Virus record (IMG/VR): IMGVR_UViG_3300045988_115217
Length of the DNA: 64,000 nucleotides
Reading direction: 5' to 3' (one strand)
Source: a virus
Below the pieces are notes generated by a model. It searched no databases. It saw only the letters and a program-made list of their open reading frames with translations, and was not told the origin of the DNA. Numbering within the stretch: the first letter of the stretch is position 1; each line of letters opens with the position of its first letter. Positions 27,746 through 36,900 of this stretch are shown one piece after another. A program made the position numbers and the translations under genes.

Positions 27746-29674
27746 TTAAATTGATTTTATCTCCAATGGCTGTCCGTAGATGCATTGCAAGTAGATAATC
27801 TGCTGCTCAACGGGCACGATGTGTTCTGCTGATTCCTTGCGGTCAACGAACAGAGGTACGAAGATATCTGAAGCCTTAGATATACCACTGATAATATCAA
27901 CGCCCATATCAATGACAGTTCCATCATTCGTATTATCGTAGTCAATACCATCTTTATCAATAGCGGTGCAGATTTCCTTCTCATCATCATTGGTCTTATT
28001 CTGCTCATAGAACTTCCAACGAATGAGTGAGAAGTATGAATTCACCTTTTGCTCAACAAGATTAATCTTTGCCTTCTTGTAAGCTTTGATTTGGCTGATA
28101 ACTTCACCACAATCAGCGATAATCTGAGATAACTCAACAGAGCGATTATTGAGCTTTTCCTTCTCAGCATCAATACGCTTATTAGTCTCCTCACCTGCGA
28201 TTTGGTTAACTAATACATCACGCTGAGAAGTAAGGGTCTTCTTTTTCTCCTTATTCTCTTCGATTGTAGTATCAACCTTCGCAACAGGCTTACTTGCCTC
28301 AATATCGGCGAGTTCTTTATCAAAGACCACCTTTCCCGCAGCAGCTTCCCAAGTTTGGTTTTGCTTCTCTGTGCGCTCGTCAATTAACTTCTGATACTCA
28401 GATTTGGCATTCTTTACCTTATCCTCATCTTGCGCCTTGGTAATCTGCTCATAGGTATTGATATTACCTTTGAGGATAGTCATCTGTTGCTTAATCTGAG
28501 CAGCCTCATTCTGTAACTTCGTAAGTTTTTCAGATTTGTTCTTGTTAAACTCGGCAACGGCGTTTTCATACTCCTTTGCCTTCATTTCGTCCGTATAAGG
28601 ACGACCACAAACTGGACAAACATCTGTTTGCTTATAGTTAAATTCCTTTTCGTTAGCATTATTCCACTCTTTAATCTTGTTATTGAAATTAATAGTAACC
28701 TCTGCTAAAGAAATCTTATTCTTCTTATATGCCTCCATATTTGTAGTATATGCAGATTTAGCGTCATTAAGTTTCGTTGAAGCCGTAGAAATCTTCTTCG
28801 TAAACTCATCAATCGCCTTAATCTTAGTATCTTGCCACACTTTCTGCGCATTCGCAACCTTTACGTTATGTGCTTGCAATTTACTGAGGTAATCTTCCAT
28901 AGCAGGGTCTTTTTCTGTCGTTCCTTCCAATGCCGCATCTATAGCAGCAATATCAGCATCAATCTTTGCTTTCTGTGCCTTGAGAGCAGTAAAATCGGCA
29001 TCAACTCTAAGAGCTTCTTGTGCTTGAACCTTTGCAGGTATTAAATTCAATTCCTCTTCTGCTTTTTTCTTTGTTGCCTTTTGCTGGATAAGCATATCGG
29101 AGAGCTCTTTCTTTTCTTCAATTACGCCCTTATACACCATAGGATAAGGCTTCATCAATTCTTCCTCATTGATTTCGCCAGCCAGCGACATAAGCATTTT
29201 TCTGCGGTTATCAACCTTATAAGACATGAAGATGTTGATATTAGATAGAACGAGCCATTTATTGAGCGGACATAATTCTTCAAGTTTAGCGTTAAAATCT
29301 TTCTGAGAAAGAGGAACGTCATTGATAAGTCGCTCCTGTGTGGTACTTTGTAACTTCTCATCTGCTGTACCCTTATTCTTCCAATTCTCAGAAAGAATAC
29401 GCTGTACCTTAACCTCTCGCTCATCATTGTAGTTAAGTACTACGGTGACAGAAGTTTCAAGATGATGAATAACATCATTATTAATATCAAGAGGTTGCAC
29501 GGTGGCATTCTTCTTGCTAATAACACCGAAGATTGCCCAAAGATAGGCATCATAGATAGTAGTCTTGCCCACTTTATTTGCGCCACTAATAACCATATTG
29601 TGGCTAAAGTTAATTTTTTGACTCCGAACCTTCTTAAAGTTCTGTAAAGTCATTGATTTGATTTCAATTTTCAT
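27746..29674 (-). CDS. SbcC/Rad50-like AAA ATPase
   Basis: Start moved to MKIEIKS; Walker A GANKVGKTT, long coiled coil with CPVCGRPY zinc hook. Confidence 0.8.
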   Translation of the reverse strand: MKIEIKSMTLQNFKKVRSQKINFSHNMVISGANKVGKTTIYDAYLWAIFGVISKKNATVQPLDINNDVIHHLETSVTVVLNYNDEREVKVQRILSENWKNKGTADEKLQSTTQERLINDVPLSQKDFNAKLEELCPLNKWLVLSNINIFMSYKVDNRRKMLMSLAGEINEEELMKPYPMVYKGVIEEKKELSDMLIQQKATKKKAEEELNLIPAKVQAQEALRVDADFTALKAQKAKIDADIAAIDAALEGTTEKDPAMEDYLSKLQAHNVKVANAQKVWQDTKIKAIDEFTKKISTASTKLNDAKSAYTTNMEAYKKNKISLAEVTINFNNKIKEWNNANEKEFNYKQTDVCPVCGRPYTDEMKAKEYENAVAEFNKNKSEKLTKLQNEAAQIKQQMTILKGNINTYEQITKAQDEDKVKNAKSEYQKLIDERTEKQNQTWEAAAGKVVFDKELADIEASKPVAKVDTTIEENKEKKKTLTSQRDVLVNQIAGEETNKRIDAEKEKLNNRSVELSQIIADCGEVISQIKAYKKAKINLVEQKVNSYFSLIRWKFYEQNKTNDDEKEICTAIDKDGIDYDNTNDGTVIDMGVDIISGISKASDIFVPLFVDRKESAEHIVPVEQQIIYLQCIYGQPLEIKSI

Positions 29675-30311
29675 TGTTGTTATTATTAACGTTAAACGAT
29701 TTGTATTCATTTCCAGCCTTAGAACCCATAAGCTTAATAGTCAATTTCTTGCGTATCTTGTTACAGATAGCATTAATGGTATTAACATCAGCTTTTACAT
29801 TTTTCTTTAGCTCCTTATTTGTATTTTCTTCTATCTCTGATAACTTAGAAGCTCGCTCAGAGTCGAATTTTTGCAAAGCTTCCATAAGGTTCTGTGGATT
29901 GATAGTATCGCCTACATATATCTTTCCATAACCGCCTCCTATTAGCGATTCAAAAAAATAAGTAAGTTCGCTTGGTGATAGATAATAATAGATATTTCTT
30001 ATACGCCTTGCCATAAAAACGACCTGAATGCTGCTTATGGATTTATCAGCTCCAAGAAGCCTGAACGTGTCTAATAATTGAGCTTTGACCCATTTCAACG
30101 CAAGACCATCTTCGTACTTTTTATCTATCGACGCAAGGGAGTTTGTATCTTTAAGCGCAGATAATAAAGAAAGAATTGGCTCTTTACGTTCACTTATTAA
30201 AGGATAATAGGTATCTATCCATTCTTCAATATTAATCTGCGTTAAAGACCTCTGCTGCCTTTCTTGCAAAATCAAGCTCGGTTCGTTGCTGCTGCTGTTG
30301 TATTTCGTCAT
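29664..30311 (-). CDS. Hypothetical protein (start uncertain)
   Basis: ORF open to 30341 but overlaps upstream ORF by 80-110 nt whichever ATG is used. Confidence 0.45.
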   Translation of the reverse strand: MTKYNSSSNEPSLILQERQQRSLTQINIEEWIDTYYPLISERKEPILSLLSALKDTNSLASIDKKYEDGLALKWVKAQLLDTFRLLGADKSISSIQVVFMARRIRNIYYYLSPSELTYFFESLIGGGYGKIYVGDTINPQNLMEALQKFDSERASKLSEIEENTNKELKKNVKADVNTINAICNKIRKKLTIKLMGSKAGNEYKSFNVNNNNNEN

Positions 30312-30609
30312 ACTCTGAATAAATTTCGTCCTCCCAAGCACGGGAATTTAAGTAAGTTAACGGGTGTTTTTGATACACCTTTTGTGTGATTGATGCAACA
30401 TATCGAGGTGTAGCAGCTATACAGGCGGCTCTATCCTTTTTCGTCATGTGCATCCATTTCTTTAAGCATTTCTGCTTACCGACACACTTACCATACATCC
30501 TCCACCAGTTTTCAAATTCTTCATTAATGACAGAAATTGATTGTGGAGGAATAATCTCGTAGCCTTCGGACTCTAATAATGTGATTGCGTTTTGTATCTC
30601 CTTTTCCAT
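30232..30609 (-). CDS. Hypothetical protein
   Basis: 125-aa ORF in early operon. Confidence 0.55.
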   Translation of the reverse strand: MEKEIQNAITLLESEGYEIIPPQSISVINEEFENWWRMYGKCVGKQKCLKKWMHMTKKDRAACIAATPRYVASITQKVYQKHPLTYLNSRAWEDEIYSEYDEIQQQQQRTELDFARKAAEVFNAD

Positions 30610-30628
30610 ATTTACACCTTATTATATA

Positions 30629-30829
30629 TTATATATATTCTCCACCCCAAAATCGGGTAATCTCTGACCCTGCGATAGCAACTTTTCCGTTAGGTCTAAC
30701 AACGCTATTAATAAAGCCACCTTTAATATAGCGATAAATAGTTGTTACACTAACTTGTAGTTTTTCCGCAGTCTCCTTAATTGTGTATCTACCTTTCGGC
30801 TTTACATCAGGCGGTTCATTTATCATCAT
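30629..30829 (-). CDS. Small HTH protein (Cro/excisionase-like)
   Basis: YTIKETAEKLQVSVTTIYRYIKGGFI. Confidence 0.65.
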   Translation of the reverse strand: MMINEPPDVKPKGRYTIKETAEKLQVSVTTIYRYIKGGFINSVVRPNGKVAIAGSEITRFWGGEYI

Positions 30830-31004
30830 TACCTCCTTTCTCTCTGTTACGTTTAAGGATGCCGTACACAGCAGCCTCCGTTAAATAATTGAAGTCTCTC
30901 ATTGTCCGCCGCACGGCTTCTGACTTCTTGACGCCACGCTTCATGTATTTATCAACTGACTGACAAACCATGCTCTCTTTAGCTTTTTGACTACTTATAA
31001 CCAT
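30816..31004 (-). CDS. Hypothetical protein, first gene of early operon
   Basis: 62-aa ORF ~85 nt downstream of the minus-strand promoter. Confidence 0.5.
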   Translation of the reverse strand: MVISSQKAKESMVCQSVDKYMKRGVKKSEAVRRTMRDFNYLTEAAVYGILKRNREKGGNDDK

Positions 31005-31087
31005 ATTTAACTATTGTATTATATATAAATTAATATATTATTATTAACTTTGCCACCGATAAAGCGGTTATGATTTTAATCACACCG

Positions 31088-31095
31088 CAAAATTA
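31088..31095 (-). promoter_or_regulatory. -7 box TAATTTTG, early leftward promoter
   Basis: Forward caaaatta; ~31 nt block shared with 58.63-kb promoter. Confidence 0.65.
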
Positions 31096-31112
31096 ATAAT
31101 TTCTTTTCAGAT

Positions 31113-31130
31113 TCTATTAGTTTTCTATTA
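31113..31130 (+). promoter_or_regulatory. TCTATTA doublet (candidate operator)
   Basis: tctattagttttctatta, 11-nt spacing, in repressor/early divergent region. Confidence 0.5.
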
Positions 31131-31157
31131 ATTTTTATATTATTTTAAATATTAATT

Positions 31158-31793
31158 ATGAGTACACTGTTAGAAAGAGCGAAAATGGTCGCTAAATACA
31201 AGAGAATGTCGCTTGCCCAGTTGCAAGAGAATATAGGTTTGAGTGTAGGGCACTTCTACAATATTAAATATTTATCTCGCAAGGTAATAAGACTATTTGA
31301 AGAAAATTACCCTGAGATAAATACGGAATGGTTGGCAAATGGCAAAGGAGAAATGCTCAATACCAACTCTACTACCATACTCGCAACAGAAACCAAAACC
31401 TACAAAGTACCTCTGTTGCCTATTGCAGCACAGGGAGGAACGCCTGATAATTTTGAATGTCAGGTATCAAGACATGATTGTGAAATGATAATGTCTCCTA
31501 TAGAAAATGTTGATTTGGCTATCTCTATCACTGGAGATAGTATGTCGCCTGAATATCCAAACGGCAGTAAAGTGATGGTGCAGAAAATAAACGAAAAGGC
31601 TTTTATCGAGTGGGGATGTACTTATGTACTCGACACCGTAAACGGTGCTATTATAAAGAATGTATATCAGTGCAAGGATGATGAGTCTAAAATAATCTGT
31701 CGCTCCGTAAATCCTAACTTTACAGACTTTATCGTAGATATATCAGATATTAGAGGATGGTATAGAGTGCGTTGTTGTATAACCATAAAATAG
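31158..31793 (+). CDS. CI/LexA-like repressor (HTH + S24 peptidase)
   Basis: N-terminal HTH; GDSMSPEYPNGSKVMV; divergent from early operon. Confidence 0.85.
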   Translation: MSTLLERAKMVAKYKRMSLAQLQENIGLSVGHFYNIKYLSRKVIRLFEENYPEINTEWLANGKGEMLNTNSTTILATETKTYKVPLLPIAAQGGTPDNFECQVSRHDCEMIMSPIENVDLAISITGDSMSPEYPNGSKVMVQKINEKAFIEWGCTYVLDTVNGAIIKNVYQCKDDESKIICRSVNPNFTDFIVDISDIRGWYRVRCCITIK

Positions 31794-31808
31794 CGTTAAA
31801 ATACGTAA

Positions 31809-31830
31809 AACGTGCAAATTTCGTGCAAAG
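31809..31830 (+). repeat. 22-bp direct repeat copy 1 (candidate integrase arm site)
   Basis: aacgtgcaaatttcgtgcaaag, itself two CGTGCAAA half-sites. Confidence 0.7.
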
Positions 31831-32027
31831 CCACTTTTAAGAAATCGCTAACTATCTGATATTAAACAAGATATGTTTGCTTATATAGATTTTGTTGGCG
31901 TATTATAGAAATATTATATATATTTCAAGGAATACCTATTTTTAAAGGCTATATATGCCATTAAATAGGTGTTTTAAGTATTGTTTGATTTTTATAATCT
32001 AACGAAAAAATGCTTTACGTTTCAAAT

Positions 32028-32049
32028 AACGTGCAAATTTCGTGCAAAG
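32028..32049 (+). repeat. 22-bp direct repeat copy 2
   Basis: Identical 22-mer just upstream of the int leader. Confidence 0.7.
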
Positions 32050-32064
32050 ATAGGAGATACAATA

Positions 32065-33240
32065 ATGATAAAGGTTTCAATAAAACTCGACAAAAGAAGA
32101 AGGCTTAACAATGGGAAATACCCATTAAAGTTTAAGGTTGCCCGAAAAAATAGCGCAATATACATTGCTACTGGCTACGAGCTTAAAGAAGAAGATTGGG
32201 ATGCGAAGAACGAGAAAATTAAAAATCTCCCCGACAAAAGACTCCTTAATATTAAATTAGGGAAACGCTTATCTGAGATTAATGAAAAGGTTATTGATTT
32301 GCAGGCAGAGGGTAAATTGCGTTATTTTACGAATAAAAAATTATCCTTATACCTCTCTAACGAAGAAGATAAGAAAGAATACGAAAGCCATCTTTTTAAA
32401 ACTCAGATGAAGGATTTTCTATCACAGAAAGAAGCAAAAAATACAATCTATATTTACTTGGGAACAGAAAACAAAATTAAAAAATTCTGTGATTATGATA
32501 CGCTAAGAATAGAAGATATAGATATTGAGTGGATAGATAATTTCTGTAACTTTTTAAAAAAAGATAATACAAAGAATACGATTGCAGCACGATTAAGAAA
32601 TATTCGTGCTGTTATCAATTTCGCAAGAAAGAGAGGATTGATAAAAGATTATGTATTTAGTCTATATTCAATAAAGATGGAAGAAACACAAAAACGCTCT
32701 TTGACTGTTGAACATCTAAGAATATTGCATGATGCAAAGCTGCCGTCAATACGTTCTAAACATCGTGACATATTCTTTCTTATTTTTTATCTTATGGGTA
32801 TTAATATCAAAGACCTCTCAGAATTAAAAAAAATTGAGGATGGAAGAATAATCTATCGCCGCTCTAAAACAGGAACGCTCTATAATATTAAGGTAGAACC
32901 AGAAGCAATGGAGATTATTGAACGATACAGAGGTACAGAACATTTAATAAAGCAGTTCGATAAAAATGTATCATATCTAAGTTTTATTCAATCAATTAAT
33001 CATAGTCTTAAGGAAATCTGCAAAAATATAGGAATACCCGAAGTGACGACATATTGGGCAAGACATACCTTTGCGACTATTGCCTACGAGATAGGAATCA
33101 GCATGGACGTTATCGCTGACTGTCTCGGTCATAAGAGTGCGCACAGGATAACCTCTATATATGTACGCAAAGACCAAAATCTTATTGATGAAGCTAATCG
33201 GAAGGTTATTGATTATGTTCTATATAATAAGAAGGGGTAG
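32065..33240 (+). CDS. int: Tyrosine recombinase / phage integrase
   Basis: Start moved to ATG 32065 (GGAGATAC 4 nt upstream); ARHTFAT...LGH...SIYV catalytic motifs; Bacteroidota arm-binding-type N-terminus. Confidence 0.9.
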   Translation: MIKVSIKLDKRRRLNNGKYPLKFKVARKNSAIYIATGYELKEEDWDAKNEKIKNLPDKRLLNIKLGKRLSEINEKVIDLQAEGKLRYFTNKKLSLYLSNEEDKKEYESHLFKTQMKDFLSQKEAKNTIYIYLGTENKIKKFCDYDTLRIEDIDIEWIDNFCNFLKKDNTKNTIAARLRNIRAVINFARKRGLIKDYVFSLYSIKMEETQKRSLTVEHLRILHDAKLPSIRSKHRDIFFLIFYLMGINIKDLSELKKIEDGRIIYRRSKTGTLYNIKVEPEAMEIIERYRGTEHLIKQFDKNVSYLSFIQSINHSLKEICKNIGIPEVTTYWARHTFATIAYEIGISMDVIADCLGHKSAHRITSIYVRKDQNLIDEANRKVIDYVLYNKKG

Positions 33241-33262
33241 AGCTTTCGCCCTACCCTTTCTT
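33232..33262 (+). terminator. Hairpin terminator after int
   Basis: gggtag/ctaccc stem extended by A-T/G-T pairs, T-rich tail. Confidence 0.5.
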
Positions 33263-33276
33263 GTAATATATAATGA

Positions 33277-33507
33277 CTATTTCTTACCTCTTTTTCTTCT
33301 TGCTTCTATTCGGATAGGAAAATAATTCTGAATCCTACCATCTATATTTACAAAACAGTAGTCTATCCATTTGGTGCTATAATCTCCAAGCAAAGACTTT
33401 ACGGAATATCGGATTATCTTAGCCTTGCGCTTGAACTTATAACCTTGGCTCTCCCAATAAGGACGAGCCTTCTTCATTTGCTTCTTAGCGTGCCTAATAC
33501 TATTCAT
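33277..33507 (-). CDS. Hypothetical basic protein
   Basis: 76-aa ORF. Confidence 0.5.
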   Translation of the reverse strand: MNSIRHAKKQMKKARPYWESQGYKFKRKAKIIRYSVKSLLGDYSTKWIDYCFVNIDGRIQNYFPIRIEARRKRGKK

Positions 33508-33520
33508 ACACTATACATAT

Positions 33521-33916
33521 TTAATCATTCTTTTTAAACTTCTCAAAATAGAATACTATAGGCTTGTTAAAAGCAGGGTTGAGCAGACCATAAGCGATAC
33601 TCATGCTTACCTGAAACTTTGCAGCACCTTTAAGCAAACCTTTCGCCTGTTCCTTGATAGCTTCACGGAATTGCCCTATACTCATATCTCGCTTTCGAAA
33701 GTTACAAGCTCGGCAAGAAGGCATATAATTCTCCATGCTATCCTCACCATGAGAAACGATATACTTACCTTCTTTATCACTCCAACGTGAATAGTTTCCA
33801 CGATTCTTAGGAATAAAATGGTCGATTTGCATATCTTCGAGTTTTATTTCTCTTCCGCAGTATGCGCAATGATGGTCGTATTTCTCCCAAACTTTGATTC
33901 TATCTTCCTTCTTCAT
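33521..33916 (-). CDS. HNH endonuclease
   Basis: HHCAYCGREI...DHFIPKNRG...CRACNFRK. Confidence 0.8.
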   Translation of the reverse strand: MKKEDRIKVWEKYDHHCAYCGREIKLEDMQIDHFIPKNRGNYSRWSDKEGKYIVSHGEDSMENYMPSCRACNFRKRDMSIGQFREAIKEQAKGLLKGAAKFQVSMSIAYGLLNPAFNKPIVFYFEKFKKND

Positions 33917-33919
33917 AAC

Positions 33920-34291
33920 TTATTTCAGTTCGTCAAAATCAAGCCACTCTATCTTATCGTAGCACTCGTACAGAACTTCAATACGCTGTGTTCCGTCTCC
34001 TCTTGTGACAATCCATACATCATCACTCATTGCTCCGTAGTGAAGAGCCGTAGGATTTACGCCATCTCCACTATATCGGAACATTACCCACTTTTTAAAT
34101 GGTGGCTTCTCTTCCTTTAGGTCGTGCCATAATGATGCAGCATTCACGTAAGGAACGTTTTTTGTATTGCAATCGGTAACACCAATCTTTTCTGTACTGA
34201 ACGTTACCCCGTTCAGCTCATTGTAATCTACCTCATCTTCATTACTACAGATATTGAGATAAATCTTCTTTGGTAAATTCTTTACTTTCAT
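33920..34291 (-). CDS. Hypothetical protein (DUF551-like C-terminus?)
   Basis: 123 aa; WHDLKEEKPPFKKWVMF pattern. Confidence 0.5.
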   Translation of the reverse strand: MKVKNLPKKIYLNICSNEDEVDYNELNGVTFSTEKIGVTDCNTKNVPYVNAASLWHDLKEEKPPFKKWVMFRYSGDGVNPTALHYGAMSDDVWIVTRGDGTQRIEVLYECYDKIEWLDFDELK

Positions 34292-34324
34292 ATCACTTAA
34301 ATTTGATGATAAAAAACTCGGTAT

Positions 34325-34552
34325 CTATCCATTTATCCAAGCAACGTAGTTTGCGTCGGCAAGTCTATATGATACATACCCATTATCTACAACCACGTTG
34401 GGTGTAAACTTACGAATCCACCCAGTCTCATCCTTGAAACCAAGAATTAGATACTTATCACCACAATATCCTGCTAAAAAAGCACCAATCTCTTCGCCTT
34501 TATAACAAGCGACCTTACCATGATGCTGTTCATAAATCTCTTTCAGTGTCAT
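34325..34552 (-). CDS. Hypothetical protein
   Basis: 75-aa ORF. Confidence 0.5.
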   Translation of the reverse strand: MTLKEIYEQHHGKVACYKGEEIGAFLAGYCGDKYLILGFKDETGWIRKFTPNVVVDNGYVSYRLADANYVAWING

Positions 34553-34555
34553 ACG

Positions 34556-34906
34556 CTACTTAAACTTAATTATAAAAAACTCAGTATCAAGCCACTTATC
34601 GGGGCAAAGACCTTTTTTAGGCTTGCCGATGGTGATACTCTCAATCTCCTTCTCAATTCGTGGACTATCCTTGCGGTAGCCGTTTATGAAGAGAACGTGG
34701 GTGTAGGTTTTGTGTTCCAGCTTACCTATCACGCGACAATAACCGCCAAACTCATCGAAAAGCACCTCACCGCTTTCGGCTTGTTGGTTTACCAGTCGGG
34801 AAGCCCAATATGGCTTAATCTCCCGATACTCCTCGGTCTTTTCGCCAGCCACAATCATGTCGAACCATTGCTTGCTGACGTTGAGGGTCAATATTTTCTT
34901 CTCCAT
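34556..34906 (-). CDS. ASCH/PUA-like domain protein (tentative)
   Basis: LNVSKQWFDMIVAGEKTEEYREIKPYWASRL; GGAGGAGGTG upstream. Confidence 0.45.
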   Translation of the reverse strand: MEKKILTLNVSKQWFDMIVAGEKTEEYREIKPYWASRLVNQQAESGEVLFDEFGGYCRVIGKLEHKTYTHVLFINGYRKDSPRIEKEIESITIGKPKKGLCPDKWLDTEFFIIKFK

Positions 34907-34908
34907 CT

Positions 34909-35103
34909 TTACACCTCCTCCCAGTCTGTTGCAAGTATATCCTCAGAGAGCATTCTTTCTTCCTTGTATATATGATGCCCATAATGATAGAATATTCCTT
35001 CCTCGTCAATACCAAACGGATAAAGCCCATTTTCACGCTTTACGAGCTTTCCTTTTCTCATACGCTTTAAAGCCTCCGAGAAGTCAAATGTTTGCTTGCT
35101 CAT
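34909..35103 (-). CDS. DUF2829-like small protein (family of the Thoeris anti-defence protein Tad2)
   Basis: FDFSEALKRMRKGKLVKR...DILATDWEEV matches the N- and C-terminal DUF2829 signature as I recall it. Confidence 0.55.
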   Translation of the reverse strand: MSKQTFDFSEALKRMRKGKLVKRENGLYPFGIDEEGIFYHYGHHIYKEERMLSEDILATDWEEV

Positions 35104-35105
35104 AA

Positions 35106-35270
35106 CTACTTGTATTTATATCTGTATCTTACATCTTGGAGAATGTAATACACATCATTAAACATATTGCCCATTGCCTTCCAAAGAAGGTTGTGCTGAG
35201 TAGCACCACTCTTATTGTACTCATCAAGCTGACTAAATGCTTGATTTAAATATTCCTTAATTTTGCTCAT
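35106..35270 (-). CDS. Small hypothetical protein (54 aa)
   Basis: Hand-translated MSKIKEYLNQAFSQLDEYNK...; below track cutoff. Confidence 0.45.
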   Translation of the reverse strand: MSKIKEYLNQAFSQLDEYNKSGATQHNLLWKAMGNMFNDVYYILQDVRYRYKYK

Positions 35271-35273
35271 TGT

Positions 35274-35432
35274 TTATCTTATTGCTTTTAATCTTCTAAT
35301 TAGAATGTTTGCACAATTTATGGAAAGTGATACGGCAGCCTCAATTTTGTATATTTCTGTCTTGTTTAAAATAGTAGGCAAAATCTCTTTCGCAATCTCA
35401 TATCTGCGCTGCTCCCAATCTATTGTTTTCAT
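35274..35432 (-). CDS. Small hypothetical protein (52 aa)
   Basis: Hand-translated MKTIDWEQRRYEIAKEILPT... Confidence 0.45.
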   Translation of the reverse strand: MKTIDWEQRRYEIAKEILPTILNKTEIYKIEAAVSLSINCANILIRRLKAIR

Positions 35433-35480
35433 ATTCTCTTCTTTTTACCCTCTCCCTGTTGCCAAGGAGAGGATGGTTAG

Positions 35481-36545
35481 TTACTCATTAACTTCAACAA
35501 ACTTCCCGTTTCTAAGTTGATACCAAGTATCAGCCTTGATGTTTTCTCCGTCAACGTACTCTGTCTTAACGCATACTGGAACATTATGATTTTTCTCATC
35601 GCTCCATTTCCACTCTGCCAGCGTTATCCATGAGCCTACCTTTGCTTTGGCTTTGGATTTGTTTCCAGCACACATAATAACGGAATCTTCTCCAGTGCTA
35701 TCAATCTTAGCATAGTCACCGCTTGAACCAATCTGAGCATAGTCACCGCTTGAACCAATCTGAGCATAGTCACCGCTTGAACCAATCTGAGCAGAGTCAC
35801 CGCTTGAACCAATCTGAGCAGAGTTACCGCTTGAACCAATCTTAGCATAGTCACCGCTTGAACCAATCTTAGCAGAGTTACCGCTTGAACCAATCTTAGC
35901 ATAGTAACCGCTTGAACCAATCTGAGCATAGTCACCGCTTGAACCAATCTTAGCATAGTCACCGCTTGAACCAATCTTAGCAGAGTTACCGCTTGAACCA
36001 ATCTTAGCATAGTTACCGCTTGAACCAATCTTAGCATAGTTACCGCTTGAACCAATCTGAGCATAGTCACCGCTTGAACCAATCTTAGCATAGTAACCGC
36101 TTGAACCAATCTTAGCAGAGTTACCGCTTGAACCAATCTGAGCATAGTCACCGCTTGAACCAATCTTAGCAGAGTTACCGCTACTGCTCAACGCATCATC
36201 TGTCTTTACTTTAGATGGTGAGGTAATATCTTTCAGCCACTCGACACCAACCTTAATGATGTCTGCCAGCTTCAACTCAGCCTTAATCTTGATATGCGAA
36301 GAACAAACCTTTGTCGAATTTTCTTCTTCTTCAATCTTGCCAGACTGTTCTACCTCTGCATAGCGAGAGTTAAGCATATCGTAGTACTCCCACACTTCAA
36401 TTGGAGACTTGCAAGCGTGGTAACCTCGGTTACAACACTTGATTTCTCCGTCCATTTCATACTCTTTTCCAACTTCGTACTGGAAATTACGGCATTGCAT
36501 ATTCTTGTCGAAAGCCTTGTACGAGGTGATAACTTTTTCACTCAT
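35481..36545 (-). CDS. Nonapeptide-repeat protein (Cys-containing N-domain + 18 x SSGxxA(K/Q)IG + C-domain)
   Basis: 354 aa; aa 121-282 are 18 perfect-length 9-aa repeats; N-domain CRNFQYEVGKEYE...CNRGYHACKSP. Confidence 0.8.
   Translation of the reverse strand: MSEKVITSYKAFDKNMQCRNFQYEVGKEYEMDGEIKCCNRGYHACKSPIEVWEYYDMLNSRYAEVEQSGKIEEEENSTKVCSSHIKIKAELKLADIIKVGVEWLKDITSPSKVKTDDALSSSGNSAKIGSSGDYAQIGSSGNSAKIGSSGYYAKIGSSGDYAQIGSSGNYAKIGSSGNYAKIGSSGNSAKIGSSGDYAKIGSSGDYAQIGSSGYYAKIGSSGNSAKIGSSGDYAKIGSSGNSAQIGSSGDSAQIGSSGDYAQIGSSGDYAQIGSSGDYAKIDSTGEDSVIMCAGNKSKAKAKVGSWITLAEWKWSDEKNHNVPVCVKTEYVDGENIKADTWYQLRNGKFVEVNE
35700..36185 (-). repeat. 18 tandem 27-bp coding repeats
   Basis: Unit accgcttgaaccaatct[gt]agca[gt]agt[cta]; only 3 variable nucleotides per unit. 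Confidence 0.9.
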
Positions 36546-36561
36546 ATTACTATCTGATTAG

Positions 36562-36699
36562 TTAATCTTCTACAATAAATCCATTTTCTGTGCAAGTGTC
36601 AATAGCTCTAATTGCTATCCAAATAGCTCGCTTCTGTTCATCATCTGTAAGACTGCTTCTAATTTTACACAATTTTCTCTTTGCTTCTGTTGCTTTCAT
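36562..36699 (-). CDS. Small hypothetical protein (45 aa)
   Basis: Hand-translated MKATEAKRKLCKIRSSLTDDEQKRAIW... Confidence 0.45.
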   Translation of the reverse strand: MKATEAKRKLCKIRSSLTDDEQKRAIWIAIRAIDTCTENGFIVED

Positions 36700-36900
36700 C
36701 TTCTATCTATTTATGCCCGAAGGCGGTTAATCAATTTTGCTAAAATAATGTTCTTTTGTACTTTTTAGATATTCACCACACGTCTCTTTAGTAAGATATT
36801 CCGTATCAGAGTAAGCATTAAACTTACCTTCTTTAACTTTTCTAAAAAGGAATCTAATATTACCAATATCATCAGAATATCCTGTGAATTGTAAATGATT

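Noticed and set aside
30232-30341. 80-110-nt overlap of ORFs 29664-30341 and 30232-30609 as a programmed frameshift site
   Set aside because: I found no slippery heptamer or homopolymer in the overlap. An uncertain start, possibly non-ATG, is the simpler explanation.
31981-32064. TTG-initiated 28-codon extension of the integrase ORF
   Set aside because: It covers the 22-bp repeat and the GGAGATAC leader. ATG 32065, with the conserved leader spacing, is the more plausible start.
35636-36163. 175-aa ORF (VQAVTMLRL repeats) overlapping the repeat gene
   Set aside because: It is simply an alternative frame of the 27-bp tandem repeat. Its composition is monotonous and it has no independent start context. 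The 354-aa frame has proper flanking domains.
35700-36185. Regular short repeats that could suggest a CRISPR array
   Set aside because: The units are directly abutting 27-mers with no spacers. They are in frame within a long ORF, and there are no cas genes. This is a coding tandem repeat.
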